Positions 25,860 through 29,183 of a DNA stretch of 29,183 nt are shown here, in pieces. Position numbers and translations under genes: made by a program. Source of the stretch: an uncultured Candidatus Saccharibacteria bacterium (GTDB taxonomy: Bacteria > Patescibacteriota > Minisyncoccia > Phycocordibacterales > PALSA-1337); assembly GCA_964633555.1 (NCBI GenBank), contig CAZWGR010000001.1, positions 1 to 29,183 of the forward strand, given 5' to 3'. Position 1 is the first letter of the stretch. Each line of letters opens with the position of its first letter. The notes under the pieces are model-generated. The model ran no database searches and was not told the origin of the DNA. It worked only from the letters and a program-made list of their open reading frames with translations.

Positions 25860-26510
25860 ATGTCACAAAATTCCCTTCAAAATAGTGCAAAAGAACATGT
25901 GCCACAGTACATCCATGATCTCAAAAGGGAATTAATTGACCACACTGAAAATCACGTACCGCAGTACATTCACGACCTCAAGAAGGAGCTAGTTGATCGT
26001 ATTGAAAATCACGTACCGCAGTACATCCACGACCTCAAGAAGGAGCTAGTTGATCGTATTGAAAATCATGTACCACAGTACATCCATGACCTCAAAAAGG
26101 AATTGAAAGCACATACAGACACCTCAGTAAATGCTCTTGCAGAACTTGTAGCTAAAAACATGTTCACCAAAGATGATGCAAAGAATTTGGCCGCTAAGGT
26201 AGATTTAAAGTTGCTTGCAATTAAAAAAGATCTCGAAAAGTTTGCAACAAAGAAAGATCTTGAAAGATTTGCTACCAAGAAGGATCTTGAGCGTTTTGCC
26301 ACAAAGGAGGATCTTAAGTTGTGTGCAACCAAGGAAGACCTTAAGCAATTCGCAACTAAGGAGGATCTTAAGCAATGTGCAACAAAAGATGATATTAAAA
26401 ATCTACCCACTCGAGCAGAACTTGCTGTTCAAACAGATTTTCTCGTAAAAATGTGGCAATCACACGAGGGTCGCATCGGTCACTTAGAGAGGGTTGTGGT
26501 TGAGAAATAA
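25860..26510 (+). CDS. Hypothetical repeat-rich coiled-coil protein (4 x 19-aa repeat plus 10 x 9-aa ATKxD nonads)
   Basis: 216-aa ORF; synonymous divergence among the repeats points to selection on the protein. Confidence 0.85.
   Translation: MSQNSLQNSAKEHVPQYIHDLKRELIDHTENHVPQYIHDLKKELVDRIENHVPQYIHDLKKELVDRIENHVPQYIHDLKKELKAHTDTSVNALAELVAKNMFTKDDAKNLAAKVDLKLLAIKKDLEKFATKKDLERFATKKDLERFATKEDLKLCATKEDLKQFATKEDLKQCATKDDIKNLPTRAELAVQTDFLVKMWQSHEGRIGHLERVVVEK
25890..26117 (+). repeat. Four tandem 57-nt coding repeats (ENHVPQYIHDLKKELVDRI)
   Basis: Units start at 25890, 25947, 26004 and 26061; units 2 and 3 are identical at 56/57 nt. Confidence 0.95.
26160..26429 (+). repeat. Ten tandem 27-nt coding repeats (consensus FATKEDLKx)
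   Basis: MFTKDDAKN, LAAKVDLKL, LAIKKDLEK, FATKKDLER x2, FATKEDLKL, CATKEDLKQ, FATKEDLKQ, CATKDDIKN, LPTRAELAV. Confidence 0.92.
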
Positions 26511-26542
26511 TTGTATTTGCCGCTGCACAAAATACTGAGCAG

Positions 26543-29182
26543 TTACAGTACCTTTATTTTATCAATAATAATACTCTTCTGGCCATTGCGTTCAGACATT
26601 TTACCTTTAAGTGCAATACAAACATCCGGATTAAGAATTGTACGGTAAGTGGCTAGAGTTTTAGGGAATACTACAGCTTCGAGTGATCCAGTAAAGTCGG
26701 CCACCTTAAGGAAAGCCATAAGGTCACCTTTTTTTGTTGCGATTTGCTTCGCTTCTTCTATGGTGCAAGCAAAAGTAGCTTCGGCACCATCCTTAAGTGA
26801 CTCTTTTGCTTTAGCTATATTCATACCGCTTTTTTCTATTGCTTCACGGTATTGGTCGAGGGGGTGACCAGAAACATACAAGCCAAGCAATTCTTTTTCC
26901 CAGGCTAAGCGCTGACGTGGGTGAATAGCTGGAGCTGGTTCGAGTTTAAGGGTTGGTAAAGACGAAGTGTCTGCCATGAGCCCAAAAAGAGAGTCTTGAT
27001 TTGTTGGGCGCTTCTCATGTTCTTTGTTGTAAGCCAAAAGATTTTCGATATTACCGAGGAGTGTGCCACGTTCATGACCAAAGTTATCAAGGGCACCAGC
27101 TTTAATAAGCGCTTCAAGAGACTTTTTATTAAGGTTTCTATCCTGAACTCGATCAAGGAAATTAATGAGAGAAGTAAAATGTCCGCCGCGCTTACGCTCA
27201 TCAATAATTGCTGTGGCTATATTTTGACCAAAGTTTTTAATGGTAACGAGTCCGAAGCGAATACGATCAGGCTCACCGTCTTTGCCTTTAATAACGGTGA
27301 ATTGGCTGTAACTTTCATTAATGTCTGGGGGCAGAATAGGAATCTGCATGCGCTTACATTCAGCAATGATTTCGGCAATCTTTTCTACATCACCTGAGTC
27401 GGCAGTAAGTACGGCTGACATATAGATAGCAGGGAAATTAGCTTTCATATATGCTGTTTGATAGGCAACGCGGCCATAACTAGCAGCGTGGGCTTTATTG
27501 AAACCGTAAGCGGCAAATGGTTCGATAAGCTCCCAAAGTTTTTTGGCTTTTGAGGCTGTCATGCCATTTTTTACAAGACCATCAAGGAGTTTACCTTTTT
27601 GCTCTTCCATTTCTTTGGGAATTTTCTTTCCCATAGCTTTACGAAGCTTGTCTGCTTCGAGCCAAGAATATCCAGCAAGTTCAATAGCAATCATCATAAC
27701 GTCGTCCTGGTAGGTAATAACACCAAAAGAACGTTCAATAATATTTTTGAGGCGTGGATCAATATATTCAATCTTTGAATGATCGTGTTTTCGTTCAATG
27801 TATACAGGAATCATTTCAAGAGGTCCTGGGCGGTAGAGCGCCACCATAGCGTTAATGTCGTGAATAGTTGAAGGCTTAAGCTCGACCAAGAATCGGGTCA
27901 TACCTGTACCGTTGAGCTGGAAAAGTCCCACCGTTTCACCTCGAGCAAGCATTGCAAATGTCTTAGGATCATCGAGGGGAATGTTTTCAATATCAATATC
28001 GATATCCTCAATCTTTTTAACGCGATCTACAGCGTCGGCAAGAATGGAAAGGTTTTTAATACCAAGAAAGTCGAATTTAAGGAGTCCTACGCCGTCTTCT
28101 CCTACGCCGTGCATGTCGTACTGAGTAATAATTTTACCTTCACCTTTAGGGTCGTATTGAAGAGGTACGTATTCATCAAGAGGGCGAGGGGCAATAACCA
28201 CACCGGCAGCGTGAACCGAAATGTGACGGGCACAGCCTTCAATCTTTTTAGCCATGTCAATAATTCTTTGAACATCAGCTTCTTTGGTATAGAGCTCTTT
28301 GAGTTCGGGAACTTCTTCGAGGGCGCGATCAATAGTCATTGGAAAGCCTTGTGCTCCCATAGGAATCATTTTAGATATTTTGTCACCAAGGTCATAAGGG
28401 TAGCCCATAGCGCGAGCAACGTCGCGAACAGCACCGCGGGCCATCATGGTACCGAATGTTCCAATTTGCGCTACTTTATCATGGCCATACTTTTGTCGAG
28501 CATAGCTAATAACCTCGTCGCGACGGTTATCGGCATAGTCCATGTCGATATCGGGAGCAGAAGGTCGCTGTGGGTTAAGAAAGCGTTCGAATGGCAAACG
28601 GTATTCGAGCGGGTTTACATTCGTAATATGAGTTACGTATGTGGTTAAAGAACCAGCAACCGATCCTCGAATGTTGGTAAGAATTCCATTTTCATGGGCA
28701 TAACGAAGTAGGTCAGATACTACAAGAAAGTACTGAGCATATCCTTTATCTTTAATAACTTTAAGTTCGTATTCGAGGCGGTTAACTACTTCAGGATCAT
28801 CAACTTTAAGCCCGCGCTTAGGAATTCCTTCGTAGGCAATACGACGGAGCTCATCATCATATGAAAGGCCACTCTCAACGATGTAGTTTGGAAAGGTCCA
28901 CTTTGCAAGTTCAAGTTTAAGGTTGCACATTTCGGCAATCTTAGCCGTATTATCGAGCGCTTCGGGAATGTCTTTAAAAAGTTCTTCAGCTCGTTCAGAA
29001 GAGATAAAAGAAAAATCTTCGTCTTCGCTATCGTTAAGGCGCTCAGCAGCTGCATCGCCCCCTGCTGTGTTAACGAGCATGAGCGTATCACGAGCTACGC
29101 GGTCTTCGGGGTGCAAATAGTAAACATCGTGGGCAGCTACAAGGGGCGTACCAGTCTCATTGCCGAGCTTTATGAGCTGATT
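26543..29182 (-). CDS. dnaE: DNA polymerase III alpha subunit, 5'-truncated by window edge
   Basis: Frame is open to the window end (AAHDVYYLH of the PHP domain); RGSVAGS, FERFLNP, catalytic PDIDMD, KFDFLG, YGFNKAHA, EKELLGLYVSGHP, C-terminal OB fold. Confidence 0.97.
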   Translation of the reverse strand, partial: NQLIKLGNETGTPLVAAHDVYYLHPEDRVARDTLMLVNTAGGDAAAERLNDSEDEDFSFISSERAEELFKDIPEALDNTAKIAEMCNLKLELAKWTFPNYIVESGLSYDDELRRIAYEGIPKRGLKVDDPEVVNRLEYELKVIKDKGYAQYFLVVSDLLRYAHENGILTNIRGSVAGSLTTYVTHITNVNPLEYRLPFERFLNPQRPSAPDIDMDYADNRRDEVISYARQKYGHDKVAQIGTFGTMMARGAVRDVARAMGYPYDLGDKISKMIPMGAQGFPMTIDRALEEVPELKELYTKEADVQRIIDMAKKIEGCARHISVHAAGVVIAPRPLDEYVPLQYDPKGEGKIITQYDMHGVGEDGVGLLKFDFLGIKNLSILADAVDRVKKIEDIDIDIENIPLDDPKTFAMLARGETVGLFQLNGTGMTRFLVELKPSTIHDINAMVALYRPGPLEMIPVYIERKHDHSKIEYIDPRLKNIIERSFGVITYQDDVMMIAIELAGYSWLEADKLRKAMGKKIPKEMEEQKGKLLDGLVKNGMTASKAKKLWELIEPFAAYGFNKAHAASYGRVAYQTAYMKANFPAIYMSAVLTADSGDVEKIAEIIAECKRMQIPILPPDINESYSQFTVIKGKDGEPDRIRFGLVTIKNFGQNIATAIIDERKRGGHFTSLINFLDRVQDRNLNKKSLEALIKAGALDNFGHERGTLLGNIENLLAYNKEHEKRPTNQDSLFGLMADTSSLPTLKLEPAPAIHPRQRLAWEKELLGLYVSGHPLDQYREAIEKSGMNIAKAKESLKDGAEATFACTIEEAKQIATKKGDLMAFLKVADFTGSLEAVVFPKTLATYRTILNPDVCIALKGKMSERNGQKSIIIDKIKVL

Positions 29183-29183
29183 C

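Noticed and set aside
25890-26429. Tandem repeats as a CRISPR array or DGR template/variable repeat
   Set aside because: The units are contiguous, in frame (57 and 27 nt), have no unique spacers and diverge mainly at synonymous sites. There are no cas or reverse transcriptase genes, and the differences are not adenine-specific.
1-29183. Alternative genetic code 25 (UGA=Gly) or 4
   Set aside because: All conserved proteins translate full length under code 11 with no in-frame TGA.
20000-29183. Inteins or introns in gyrB or dnaE
   Set aside because: No C/S...HN splice motifs or LAGLIDADG blocks; the insertions are short and the conserved motifs are collinear.

Overview
Housekeeping region of a small-genome bacterium, most likely a CPR/Patescibacteria (Parcubacteria-like) organism. 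This is inferred from the minimal PheRS, short EF-Ts, pilin-LamG fusion, PKD surface protein, coiled-coil lytic transglycosylase and near-absence of Shine-Dalgarno motifs. It holds 28 CDS (obg, gatB, tgt, pfkB-type kinase, fba, rplY, rpmE, prfA, rpsB, tsf, pheS, pheT, gyrB, thrS, partial dnaE and others) and one tRNA-Thr(UGU). I saw no mobile element or CRISPR array. Most notable: (1) a T-box riboswitch upstream of thrS with a textbook antiterminator/terminator but an unusually compact, non-canonical 5' sensing domain that shows Thr codons in hairpin loops; (2) a TGT lacking all three Zn-binding cysteines and the preQ1-pocket LAVGE motif, back-to-back with a LOG-family nucleotide phosphoribohydrolase across a 23-bp bidirectional promoter, a candidate queuine-salvage pair; (3) no TGA stop among 28 genes; (4) widespread leaderless-type gene starts; (5) a protein built from two repeat arrays (19-mers plus ATKxD nonads).
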